The notes beneath the pieces were generated by a model that saw nothing but the letters and a program-made list of their open reading frames with translations, made no database searches and was not told where the DNA came from. A stretch of DNA of 63,903 nt, the filler included, from Octopus bimaculoides (Eukaryota): assembly GCF_001194135.2 (NCBI RefSeq). It is 5 parts of 4 records of this genome, joined end to end, with 100 filler letters (N's around TTAATTAATTAA, not from the genome) between each part and the next. Parts side by side here need not be neighbours in the genome. Positions count along the whole stretch, not along the records: positions 1 to 26,846 come from NC_068981.1; 4 more parts are not named here. One strand, given 5' to 3'. The position numbers and the translations under genes were made by a program. Below are positions 1 through 12,600 of the stretch, piece after piece (the first letter of the stretch is position 1; every line of letters begins with the position of its first letter).

Positions 1-19
1 TATATATATATATATATAT

Positions 20-210
20 TTATATATATAATATGTGTGTGTGTGTGTATTGATGTGCTTACGTCTCCGTAACTTAGCGCTTAGGCAAAAGCGATACAAT
101 AAGTCGCAGGTTTTTATAAAATAAATACTGGAATCGATTGTTCGACTAAAATTCTTTAAGGCGGTGATCCAGCATGGCCACAGTCTAATGAGTAAAACTA
201 GTAAAAGATA
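20..210 (+). mobile_element. SINE family B, 3' half (window-edge fragment)
   Basis: Matches the reverse complement of the 3' module of the copies at 25985-26357 and 48785-49391 (tcgattgttcgactaaa...ggcggtg.tccagcatggcc.cagtc...). Confidence 0.7.
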
Positions 211-517
211 AAGATAGATGGTCATGTCTAGAACGCTACTAATCTTAGGTTAGTCCCATCCTCCGACTTCAGGCGATGTAACAACATCAGCGATGGGAAC
301 AGCAATATTTAAACATCATTCTACTCTAGGCACTAGCTTGAAATTTTGAAGACTGTAGTGTGTTGAATAACAGCATTTTTAATTATGAGGTCTAATACAC
401 ATTTTACCATAGGTTTCTTCGACTATGTGTCATGTGGAAATACAGTACGGTAGGAAAATTTTGCTCGATCAAACGATGGGAGGTCTCAACCCATACATAC
501 ATACATACATACATACA

Positions 518-556
<39 letters not shown>

Positions 557-2586
557 TCTCTCACACACACACGCACACACATATTTATATCTCAGAAAAT
601 GGTATTTCTACGAGTAAATTTAATAATTTTCGGGTTTCTTTCCTATGCTGTATATTACAAAATACACTATTTACATAAATCTCCATAAGTAAAATACTAT
701 ATTTTTGTATTTATAGAAACATTCAGAAATGTGAACAAACAAATAGCTACTATTNNNNNNNNNNNNNNNNNNNNNNNNNNNNNNNNNNNNNNNNNNNNNN
801 NNNNNNNNNNNNNNNNNNNNNNNNNNNNNNNNNNNNNNNNNNNNNNNNNNNNNNNNNNNNNNNNNNNNNNNNNNNNNNNNNNNNNNNNNNNNNNNNNNNN
901 NNNNNNNNNNNNNNNNNNNNNNNNNNNNNNNNNNNNNNNNNNNNNNNNNNNNNNNNNNNNNNNNNNNNNNNNNNNNNNNNNNNNNNNNNNNNNNNNNNNN
1001 NNNNNNNNNNNNNNNNNNNNNNNNNNNNNNNNNNNNNNNNNNNNNNNNNNNNNNNNNNNNNNNNNNNNNNNNNNNNNNNNNNNNNNNNNNNNNNNNNNNN
1101 NNNNNNNNNNNNNNNNNNNNNNNNNNNNNNNNNNNNNNNNNNNNNNNNNNNNNNNNNNNNTATATATATATATATATTATATATATATATTCTACAAATG
1201 TATTGATTATTATTACCGAAATAAGTAACAATGTCAGTGTACGGTATGTGTTCTGGCATTTTAGTTAGCTCAGGAACTTAAGCCACGAGGTATACACACG
1301 ATAGTTATTGTTACTTTACTTTGGTATATGCCATATCTAGACTTTTAGCTCTTAATTTAAGGTGACTTCTCAAAGGGAAAAATAAATAAATAACACAGAA
1401 TGACAGAATGAAGAAATGTGACAAATATATCTTCAGGCAGAATCAATAAAAAAGAAAGAAGAAAAATAACAGGAATGAATATAAGTTTAGCACTATTGAA
1501 TAGTCGAAACATATTTCTCACCCAAGACGTTTATAAGAATACAGCATACATCCATACGTCCATTTTATTTATTTATGCATTTATTTATTTCGGTTGAAAC
1601 TTTTATCTGATTTAGGAAGAAACTATTTAATTATGAGTAAATAGAAAAGATTGTAAAGGAAGAAGTTATAGTAGTTAAAGTTACATAGAAAAATTGTGAA
1701 AAAACATGTAAGGTTTTGCATTGCGGGTTGAATCGTCAAAACTACACCCAAGCACTGTACTTATTCTAACATTAACGGCAAACTGGGCGCTATCATACTT
1801 GATGCAATAAGCAATGAAATTCTATAGAATTAAAATTACACCTAATGGTGTATTTTAATTAAAATTTCCAATAACAAGTATGTTAGTGCCCACTTTACCA
1901 TTAATTTTTAATGCAGCAGGCGTTCATGACTATTTCTTCCCAGTCATTATTTAAATTTCAACATTACTAAGAGAACTAATAAAGCAGCTTGTATTTATAT
2001 ACATGGATATATTTGTGAGTGCGCATGTGTGTGTATGTGCGTGTGTGTGTGTTGTTAAAATAGGTTATTATATTAAAGCAATTTTGAGAGTAATAGCAGA
2101 ACATTTACTGATCGAGGGATTCTATACTGAAACTACTTTCAAACTTATTATAAAGATTAGGTTGACTGGGTTTCCAAATTTCGCCTATTGACTTGCCCAA
2201 CTAAGTGTGCATAAGCATGNNNNNNNNNNNNNNNNNNNNNNNNNNNNNNNNNNNNNNNNNNNNNNNNNNNNNNNNNNNNNNNNNNNNNNNNNNNNNNNNN
2301 NNNNNNNNNNNNNNNNNNNNNNNNNNNNNNNNNNNNNNNNNNNNNNNNNNNNNNNNNNNNNNNNNNNNNNNNNNNNNNNNNNNNNNNNNNNNNNNNNNNN
2401 NNNNNNNNTGTATGTATGTGTGTTTGCTTATATACATATATAGATATCTGTAGATGTGTATGTGAAGTAAGAAATTTTAAATAAGAATTTAACACAGGTT
2501 CAAAAGCTTCTAAGATTATAAAAGATTAAAAGTAATTCGATTTTGAAAACGTATCAGCATTAAAATGTATGCACACACAGAAAAAC

Positions 2587-2628
<42 letters not shown>

Positions 2629-2877
2629 TACAACACACGCATACAAATTTAATAGAAATATAAACTACATAAAATCGCTACAATTTAAGTCATCGATGTT
2701 TAACAAATTAATTTTGTTTTCAGATTCGGTATCCGGGTAACGCTAGGTACCACTGTAGACATAAAATATTTCAAGAATGTTATAAATTGGTCTAAACATT
2801 TTCAACGCTCGTCTTTGGCTTATCATTTGAATTCCTAGACTTTTTATTGCATTTTCAATTTTTATATATTTATATCT

Positions 2878-3140
2878 TTGTCATTCATTCGGTTCTCATT
2901 GTGCCTTGTAGCACTTGAGGCGACAGCAATATCATTCCACCTTCGAACACTGAAAGCGTCCTTGACAGCTTGTTCCATTGTTAACCCTCTGCTTTTAAGA
3001 TCTTTTGTTATTGTTATCTGCCACGTTTCCTTTGGTCAGCAAGTCTTCTTTAACTTGTGGAACCCATTGCAAAGTAATCCTGACAATTGAGTTCGGTTTA
3101 TAGCGACAAACTCAACCCAGCCATTTTGATCTCCTTACGC
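2878..3140 (-). mobile_element. RTE-clade LINE 3' end, degenerate
   Basis: Minus-strand translation RRSKWLG*VCRYKPNSIVRITLQWVPQ...RPKETWQITITKDLKSRGLTMEQAVKDA..VRRWNDIAVASSATRHNENR resembles the RTE C-terminus (RWLGHV.RM...W.P...RGRPK.TW..T...L...GL...A.DR..W). Short (TGAA)-type tail. Confidence 0.7.
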
Positions 3141-5398
3141 CTATATAGTAAGACGTTAAAATATTTATCAGGTGTTTTTTGTCACAAATATATTTGAACT
3201 AATTTTTAAAATTTGCTTAGTTCACAACACTACTTAGTGTGCATAACATGTTATTTATTTCAGCCTAGCGGCTGATCGTAAGGCTCTGTAATATTCTTTA
3301 CTGATTTTCTATAAAGGAAGCTATAGTTTCCAAATTCATCTCAATGTTGTATCTTTTGTGTAGTATGCGGTACTGACGATAGTTAAGGAGTTAAAATTGC
3401 ATTTATGTGAATACCAGAGGGCGTCTCGAGATGACCGATGGAGTTTCGACATTTAATATATGTGGCGAGAATTTATCCACGCCAAACAGTAATGCAACAG
3501 GGTTTTTTACAGCTTAAATACACCAAAAACAAATTTGAACAAATTTAGAAATATATTCTTTAAATTCCAATTATTCAAATTGTAGAAGGAAGTGTTAAAA
3601 TATGCAATACTTTTCTGAAGTTTAGCATGTTTCTTTTTACTGATTTCCCATAATAAACTGCTTATTTAATAAATATCAGCCCTTTCATGAAAATTGCAAA
3701 GAATCATAAATGAGAAATTACGTAAATTGCGTGCGTGTATGCACGCGCGCGTGTATGTGNNNNNNNNNNNNNNNNNNNNNNNNNNNNNNNNNNNNNNNNN
3801 NNNATATATATATATATATATAAAATATAACACTTATGTATAAACACACACATGTGCACACATACACACGCGTGATTTTGTGTCTGCGTGTGTGCAACAT
3901 CATTAGGCATCAAACTGGAATTGAAAGCATAAAAGGATGTAGAAAGGTGGCAGAGGAAGTCTATAGAGTAGAACTGACGTCTGGGTGCAAGTAATTTAGT
4001 TCCACAGATAGATTTATTGTTTTGAACAATCGCTTTAATTCTATGCAAAAAAGATGTATGATCACACACGTCTATGAAGTGAAGTTACAAAGTGATTGTT
4101 TCTTTACTAATGAAAGCCACTGAAGTTAAATTAGTAGGCAGGCCTTCATATAAAATCTTTGTTGTTCTGGATTGTTGCATTTTCTATTTTAGAATTTTGA
4201 TTATTCGCACAATATTAATATAGGAAACTGAATGAAAATATGAAAATCAAGATGTAATAAAAATGAAAGGAAATATTTGAGTCGTTTCACTTAATTGATG
4301 ATAATTATATGCCGCTTATTTTAGACACACTAGATATCAAAGAAATTTTTACAAATGATATCTTTATTTATTGACTATTTTGTGCGCAATTCAAATACGA
4401 TCTTCAGCTATTATTTTGTCACTATATTTTTGTATTTTACTCTTACTTTATGTCTTTATTTTATGCCATTCGATTTATATGTATTGAAGCACCTTGTTTG
4501 TCTATGGTATGTGTGCATATTAATTCGTTCATATTATTAAGTTATACTTTATATTGCTTGCAGATGAGAGAAAACCTTGTAGGGAACACAGAGTGGAAAC
4601 AGTATAAAAGAAATTGCACTTGGTGAAGTCCTGCAGCAATGAAATGTTTCTCTATCGACATTTATAACATTTTTTCTGTTCCCGAGCATATTTCACACTA
4701 ATAATCTGATTGATAATCAATTTGTAGCCGCTGATTGGGAGTTAACTGGATAAAATCCTATCAAAGCCAACAGCATGAACTTGTTATATTTATTTACAAC
4801 AATACGATTGCATACTTGATGCAGGAATATATGCCAGAAAGATTAATTGATTTGTAAAAATTACAAAACGAGAAGTTACACTCTTGCGTTATGTGAGTTA
4901 AAGTATTCCATGGAATGCAATAAATATCTATATGTTACAAACCTCAAGTGCTGTTTAAAGATTAAGATACTTTTTTAAAGGAAATTTATGAATTTTTAGG
5001 ATGATATATCACTCAAACAATTTTCTTTAGTTTCGGTTAAAGACCGTTTAAAGGTAAAAGTTGTTTTCTTTAAGAGAAATCTAATTAGTCGTTAACCGCA
5101 ACTCAAAGGTCTTTAGATATATACTTGATTGGAATATGTACAATCATATATGGATGCGTACATGCATGCATACGAACACAAGCACACACATATATATCTA
5201 CTCGAAGTAGATAAAGTTATAAATAAGAGCACGTAGAATATTAAGTTAAAATCTCCTTGGGCACAAACAAATCCATAGTAATATTCATAGTTTTTGTCTA
5301 TTTTGAAGTCCATTGTTAAAACGATACACACACGCACGCACACACATATGCACACGCATACACACACACACATATATATACATATATATTATGTATAT

Positions 5399-5610
5399 TT
5401 TCTACTCTAAGCACAAATTTCTACTCTAGACCCGAAATTTTGGGCGAGGGGGCGAGTCGATTAGATCTAACCCAGTACGCAACTGGTACTTAATTTATCG
5501 ACCTCGAAAGGATGAAAGAAAAGCTACCTTGGCGGAATTTGAACTCAGAACGTAAAGACAGACGAAATACCGATTTCTTTATTACCCCAAAAAGGCTATA
5601 CAGAGCGAGA
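5399..5610 (-). mobile_element. SINE family A copy
   Basis: Shares the core ...ttatcgacc.cgaaaggatgaaag..aaag..accttggcggaatttgaactcagaacgtaaagacagacgaaatac with 55705-55915 and 6928-7113. Carries a local duplication of tttctactcta. Confidence 0.8.
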
Positions 5611-5907
5611 GAGAGNNNNNNNNNNNNNNNNNNNNNNNNNNNNNNNNNNNNNNNNNNNNNNNNNNNNNNNNNNNNNNNNNNNNNNNNNNNNNNNNNNNNN
5701 NNNNNNNNNNNNNNNNNNNNNNNNNNNNNNNNNNNNNNNNNNNNNNNNNNNNNNNNNNNNNNNNNNNNNNNNNNNNNNNNNNNNNNNNNNNNNNNNNNNN
5801 NNNNNNNNNNNNNNNNNNNNNNNNNNNNNNNNNNNNNNNNNNNNNNNNNNNNNNNNNNNNNNNNNNNNNNNNNNNNNNNNNNNNNNNNNNNNNNNNNNNN
5901 NNNNNNN

Positions 5908-5938
<31 letters not shown>

Positions 5939-6520
5939 AAATGCACAATGCAAATGCCTATCTATGAACAAGGACCTTCCAGTGTGGGTAAAGATTATTG
6001 TGTCGGCTTTATTGAGTTATTCTCAAGGTTTATGATCTCTTTATAAAGTCAAAATGATTTTCAAGGAAATGCCCGTTACTTTCCTAATGTCGACCTTTAA
6101 TTACACTATGTGTTAATTACTGCCAATGCGTTGTACATACCTCAAATCTACTCGTGTTCAGAATCAATACTAAATCATCTTGCCTGTATTTTGTCTAGCT
6201 GGAAACATCTTCACTAAAGTTTTACTTATCTAGTCAAGCATCTCTTCTAATAAATTGGACAGCCCAATCTCTAGTAGATGATTAGAAAGTTTTAATCAAG
6301 ACTTCAACTAAGTTTCAAATCAGATTTTCATTAGTTAGGTTTATTGTGAAAGCGGTAGAATTCTTATGAAGGAATTGATTATAATCGTCTGCTCAAAAAC
6401 TGATCTCACAAACAACAAATATATTATTTCACAAAACATGTATTTTCTTCGATGAAAATATACTCTGCCATTCTTCTAAAGAATTGGTTGTCTGTAAACT
6501 GAATCTTGTTCCCACCACCA

Positions 6521-6558
<38 letters not shown>

Positions 6559-6927
6559 CTCTCTCTGTCTCGCTCGCTCTCTTCTCTTCTACACTATTCT
6601 GCTGCATGCTTGTAATTCTGTTACATTTGGTTCACAATAGAAATAGTAGTCACTGTAATCTATTTCCTTAGATTAATCAACTCCACAGTTCTTTATTGAG
6701 CTTTGAAATATTGATAATTTTTAAAGTAGTTGAAGGGTGTGGTGGCCGCAGAAACCCAGAAACCGTAGAGTACCGGACTGAATACCTTTGCACTTAGGGT
6801 TCAAAGTTCACTGAGATAAAATTTACTACATATTTTTTTCAGAAGTAAAAATATTATACAAGTCAGATAATTGAATCGACCGTGCTTTTCCCAGAAGAAT
6901 TTTTAACAATATCCCAAAAGAAATAAT

Positions 6928-7113
6928 TATTTCTAATTCTTGGCACAAAACTGGCAATTTTGAGGGAAGGGGCAAGACTACTGCATCAACCCCATTGTTC
7001 GATTACTGCTTATTTTATCGACCCCGAAAGTATGAAAGGCAAAGTCGACCTCGGCGGCATTTGAAGTCAGAATCTGAAACCGGAAGAAATGCTGATAAGC
7101 ATTTGTCCAGCGT
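6928..7113 (-). mobile_element. SINE family A copy
   Basis: tttatcgaccccgaaagtatgaaaggcaaagtcgacctcggcggcatttgaagtcagaat is nearly identical to the 55705-55915 core. A B-box-like gttc/cttcaaat motif lies on the minus strand. Confidence 0.85.
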
Positions 7114-7740
7114 AAATGTTCCAATTAAATTATAGCCGCATTATGGAATGGTGAAGGTGCCACGGTAAAGTAAATTGCTAGATTGAACACGCAATTGTTT
7201 TCTTGATTGTGTGTTCAAATTTTACTGAAGTCGACTGTTATTTTATTAAATGTAAAAGTAACATACATGTGTGTATTTTTTTGTGACAAAAATGTTTTTG
7301 TATCTAAGAAAAATATAAACATTAATTCTTCATTTGTGTGCGTGTGTGTGTGTGCGTGTGTGTGTTTGCATGTTTATGTATATAAATGTGTGTGCTTGTG
7401 TGCTTGTGTGTGTGTGTGTGTGTGTAGATTCAAGCCAAATGCACATCCATTTATTTATTATTATTCAATGGTTAGGTTGCTAGCTTATTGATTATTTGAG
7501 AGAAAGTGTTTTGAATGTTTATAGAACTAACACATGGAACTGTATTACTACTATAGAATATTTCTTAATCTTAATTTCTATGTTTACCATAATTTAGATT
7601 GTAACAATAATTCTTTTTTTACAAAACTTCCAATCTGTTAGACAAGATAAAATAAAGGATTTTCGACAAGACTTCGTATTTCAGTTGTTGATAATTAAGA
7701 TGTTTTTTGATTAAGGACCACTATTACGAGTAACACAAAG

Positions 7741-7915
7741 GAAGCTAGGTGACTGAATCGTGAGCACGTCGGACAAAATGCTTAGTTGCATTTCGTCCGT
7801 TTTTATGTTCTGAATTCTAATTCCACTGAATGTCGACTTTACTTTTCATCCTTTCGGGATCGATGAATCAAGTACTAGTTAAGACTTGTGCCTATAGTTG
7901 AAGGGATTATTATGA
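7741..7915 (+). mobile_element. SINE family A copy, 3'-shortened
   Basis: gaatcgtgagcacgtcggacaaaatgcttag...gttctgaattctaattcc...gtcgacttt.cttttcatcctttcgggatcgat is the reverse complement of the family A core. Confidence 0.8.
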
Positions 7916-7924
7916 GCGTTAAAA

Positions 7925-8140
7925 GGTTGTGAGCTGGCGGAATTGTCAAGAGTGATGGAATAAATTCCTTGCATATTTCTTTCAGTTTATCATGTTCTTA
8001 GTTCAATTTCCATCGCTGTCAACTTTACATTCCATCCGGTTGGAGTCGATACAATAAAGCACCATTCAAGTACAGAGGTCGATGGCATCGACTAATCTTC
8101 TCACCTACTGGCTTTCTGCCTTAATCAGAAGCAAATGTGA
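7925..8140 (+). mobile_element. SINE family A copy, diverged
   Basis: gtgagctggcggaattgt...gttcttagttcaatttcc..gtcaacttt...ggagtcgat; same module order as the other copies. Confidence 0.65.
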
Positions 8141-8269
8141 GTGACTCACGATAATAAATCTATATCACAAAAGCCATATATCTCTGCCCGACCCTCCGTC
8201 AGTCCAATGCTAAGATCAAGATAATATTTGAATAATTTTATTTTGTTGTCAAGAGAGAATATGGGAAAG

Positions 8270-8570
8270 TGATGTCCATAACACTACCACATGGCAGTCA
8301 GACCGGGAGACGGATTAAGTCCACCACCTCAAAGATCATGATGGGATTTGAATTCAGAAAGCGAAGACACGGAACAAACATTGCAAAGAATATGGCTCGT
8401 CATTCTTTCATTTCTGTCAATCCACTGCCCCACACTGATGCATTTTTATCGATCCGATTGGATAGAAAGTAAAAAAAAAACATTGATCTAGGTCGAAGTT
8501 GAGTCAGGAGAGTAGTGGGTCAGAACAAATATGGCATGAAATTCTCATCGATACTTTAATCACTATGCCA
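8270..8570 (-). mobile_element. One or two highly diverged family A SINE remnants
   Basis: gggatttgaattcagaa.gcgaagacacggaacaaacattgc.aag at about 8344-8388, plus a weaker similar run at about 8480-8570. Confidence 0.45.
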
Positions 8571-9699
8571 GAGGTGCAACGTGTAACAGTGAAATAAAGA
8601 ACAAAAAAATAGTGAATTTGTCTAATTTATTCATTGAATTCCTATATACAACGTGATGAAAAATGAAGATTGTGTTTTATTTTTGGTCAACTTTATTTTT
8701 TCCTCGTTTGCCACCGAAAACAAAATGTTTATAAATATTTCACTCTCAAATGATTAACTGTGTGATGAAAAAAAGATAAGGAAGAAAACAAGGGAGACTG
8801 AAAGAGGAAAATAGTGAAAAATGATAGTAACAACAGATTTACTAAAGCCTTCAGAGTTACTGGTGTTGTAAACGTATTTCAATTTATTAAATGCAGTTTC
8901 TTCTTTCATTTGAGACTGCTTATTTTTGAAGTGTATAGACTATTTTATAAAGACCTCCAGTCATCAAAGCAGTCAATTCTGTTGTCTTAAGATAAATGTA
9001 ATATATTCCTCTTAGACATTCATCGGTGTAAAACAATTGGGAAATTTTAAGCAATCATGAATTTACCACTGAAACTTATCATTTACGACTTTGTTCGCGA
9101 ATGAGGAAGTTTTGCTTAAGATATTTCACTGAAATAATGTTACGTTAACGTTGTGGACAAAATAATCATAAAATATACCATTTGACGTTCATCGTCTACC
9201 TCAAGTATTACTGACATACACTCATTTGGAAATTAGAGAGTTATTAATGTGCTAACACGATCCGCAAGGAATTGCAAAGAAGTCTCCTTCAAATAAGCTA
9301 CATAATGAGGAAATGAGATCCTCTTAAATATTTGTTTACTTATAAGAATAATGAAATAAAATAATAGAAAAAGTAATTTTTGTTCCATGTATGATACCAA
9401 AAACATCTATTTATTGTGCATGTAATATTTAGTAATTATATTTTAAAATATGTCAAATTGTGCAATAATTTAATAAGAAAATAATCAATATTCATTTTGT
9501 TACATAAAACGTTTGTAGAAAATTATATTTTTTGAACACCAATATATTATTTATGAAATAAAACAATTTTAAAATCTATTGGTGTGATGTGCTATCAGAA
9601 CATGTAAGGCAAGGGTTTACTTAAATTTCATAGTTTTTCCGTTGTTCTCTATTGCAATTTTAGTTTGTTCAAGCATATTTTATTCGTCGAATAATCAAG

Positions 9700-12600
9700 T
9701 CCGAATGAGGTAAGTAAAATATCTCATAGAGAAGCAACAAGAATACAGCAGCAAGTAAGAAGACAGAATGAAACGGAAAGGGGAAAATCTAAAACAGGTT
9801 AATATAGTTTGACGAAGACAAGCATGTGAACGCCTTTCACAAAAACAGTCACAGCGTATTTTGACTCAAAATACTGTGCGACATAGATAAGTACGAGAAC
9901 GGCATTCTCATGAACAGTGTAAGCATATTTTAAACAAGATACTGCGCAACATTGACAAGTACAAGAACAACTCTCAAAGACAGCACAATCGCATTTTGGC
10001 TCAAAATGTTGAATATGATTGAGAATCAAAGCAACAACTTTCTTGAGAGCAGTGAAAACGTATCTTAACACAGAATGTTGAATAACAGAGAATCAGGACA
10101 ACAACTTTCTCAAGAAGAGTTTGAACAGATTTTAGAAAGAAAATGTTGAGCAACGTCGTTAAGCACACCAGTGACCTTCCCCAAAACAATCGGAGCAGCT
10201 AATATCTTAGAAGGTAATTAACTGTCAAAACAAATAAGAATATTAAATGTTGCAAAACATCATAATATAGACTCATTGCTAACAATAACTGCCAGTGTAA
10301 GCCGTCGTAGTTGTGACTTAGTAGACACGAGGTACCTTTATTGTAATGAAATAATATTCATGGCAGAACATACTTTAGGAACATTGATTTATCCTGATTT
10401 TGCTATTTGCTGTAAATCTGGTTTAATCCGTATTCCAGACGTACCAAATTTCATTGAACCATATCCATTGTTCATAATTAATTCACTAATATATTCGAGA
10501 AGAAATATTCACAAGCGCAACAGTGCTCAGATCATGCGTAGCATAATAGCAAACGATGATGCTACAGCTGATCGAGACCTTTCCGTTTAAAGAATTCACG
10601 GAGGTGCTTACAGATTTACTTTTGAGCTCCAAGAAATGTTGTTACTGATACGCTATTTTATCTTCAAACATTTACAATTCTGTAAAACAAATTCGATAGT
10701 GTATACTACCGATAATGGAAGAGAAAATATTGAGTAAATGTTGGTAAGCAATATCTGAAGAGAGAACAACCAGCAAAGTCTACAAATATTTAGTGACTCT
10801 CTGCGAGGTTATGACTTCATATATTTTCCTGTTGACTTAAATGGATGGTATTTCAGCAAGTTAAAACAAAGCAGCAATAGAAAAGTGACACGTCTTCAAT
10901 TTCATCCTGTTCATTTAATGTGGAAAACTGAATCGGATAATATATTGCATTATATAAACCTTAATTCCAATGCTTTTTTTGTAGACGAATATTCCAAAGT
11001 CCAATCTGCTTGCTTGTCTTATATGAGAAACAATCAGTGGGTTCTAAGAGCAGACATGCAGATCAAACCAGCATAAGTCTTCCTGATATCCTGCATGCGT
11101 TTTCAAGTAGTAGCGACAACACCTTTTACAAGATTCCAAATCTGGCGTTTTGGAGAAATTAATGGTACATGTGAGTGCAAGTGATTTCCGGAAAAAGAGC
11201 CTTACCTCATACTCGGGTTTTCATTTTTTTTTACAATATAAAATAAAAACCAACAGCACATGACGAGAAAGCGACAAAGCTGTTTCTACTGTACTTTCCA
11301 ATCCAAATAAGGTATACTTATTTGGTCTTTATGATTCGGTAAAGAAGCACACTATTCATGGACCATGTGGAGAACAGAATGCAAATTTGCCTTGCATGTG
11401 AAATGGACGTTGCAGCGAGAAATACAACTGTCGATTTTGTTAACAAACATTAAATGGTGATGATAGTTATTCACTGTATCGTCTGCGAAATCCGACGTCC
11501 TACTGAATGCGATTATGTTGATGTGTGAATAGGAAACTTGAACATCGAGGTGGATTATTGACTTGATACTATTGACATGATACTATGGAATGATGTTCAT
11601 CCATCTAAGCTGTCAAATATTCATATAAATACACATTCACAGGCGCAAGCCTTTCTACACTTTCGTAAGACAGGAAATATGAACAAGTTTATCTTGATAG
11701 TGGTGCAAATCAGTAAGATGCGATCATTAATTAGGAAAACTGCCGGATCATGTTAATCATGTTATAGGATTTTCTTATTCCCCGATCAACAGAAAAATCC
11801 TTCCGGTGAGTTCTTTCTGATTAAAACTTCTTTCAATTAACATGGATTTTGAGATCCAAACGACAAAGAAAATTACCTTCAACAAACTCAATCACCTGAA
11901 CTCACAGCTCATTTTGACAAAAACGCTGAAGATCCAGAAATATTTTATATTGTAAAATTCCTTAACATTAAATGTAGCAGTCATCGAATAAGATTTAGCA
12001 AAACTGGACAGAACAACCAGTAAAAATATCAGACACCATTAGTACACACTGTCCATCAGTCGCAGTGAGAACTTTTCGTTCTGAAATTACTGCTTCTTGA
12101 CAAAACCAGTTACAAGATTTGATGATTTACGCACGGTCGACAATAATGCAAACTGCAGAACTTTAAAGTATGCTTACCAAGTATTGAATCTCCTTGAAAA
12201 TGACCGAGAATGGCAAATGTGAATGAATGGAAAAGCAGCAACTCAATCAGACGGCCAGCTTAGAAGTTTCTGCATTGGAATTCTTTATTTCTCCTCCATA
12301 TTTATAGGATAGGTTTTGCGACAATCTTACGGAAGATTTTCTATATCGTAAAAGAAAAACAATTACCATTGAAAACGCAGCAGTAGATGCCATTAATAAT
12401 ATTCTGGGCGTGCTGGATAATCAGTTGATTTAATATGAGCATTTAGTAAATTTATCATTGTTTACTAGCATTGACAACGTACATCTTAATCTTAATCCAG
12501 ATGAAATACATCCTTCGATGATATACATATACTCAATAACGAACAGGGGATTCTTTATGGGTTGATGAAAAAAAGTTAACAATGAAGGTGACATGATATT

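Noticed and set aside
3908-3990. Peptide-like run HQTGIESIKGCRKVAEEVYRVELTSGCK
   Set aside because: No pyrimidine tract at the putative acceptor, bounded by a microsatellite and a stop, and no family recognised.
7183-7218. 13-bp stem hairpin ttgaacacgcaat/attgtgtgttcaa
   Set aside because: Too short for a pre-miRNA and the stem does not extend; expected occasionally by chance.
9780-10160. Regularly spaced repeats superficially like a CRISPR array
   Set aside because: The units are degenerate codon-periodic repeats without unique spacers, in eukaryotic context within a Helitron ORF, with no cas genes.
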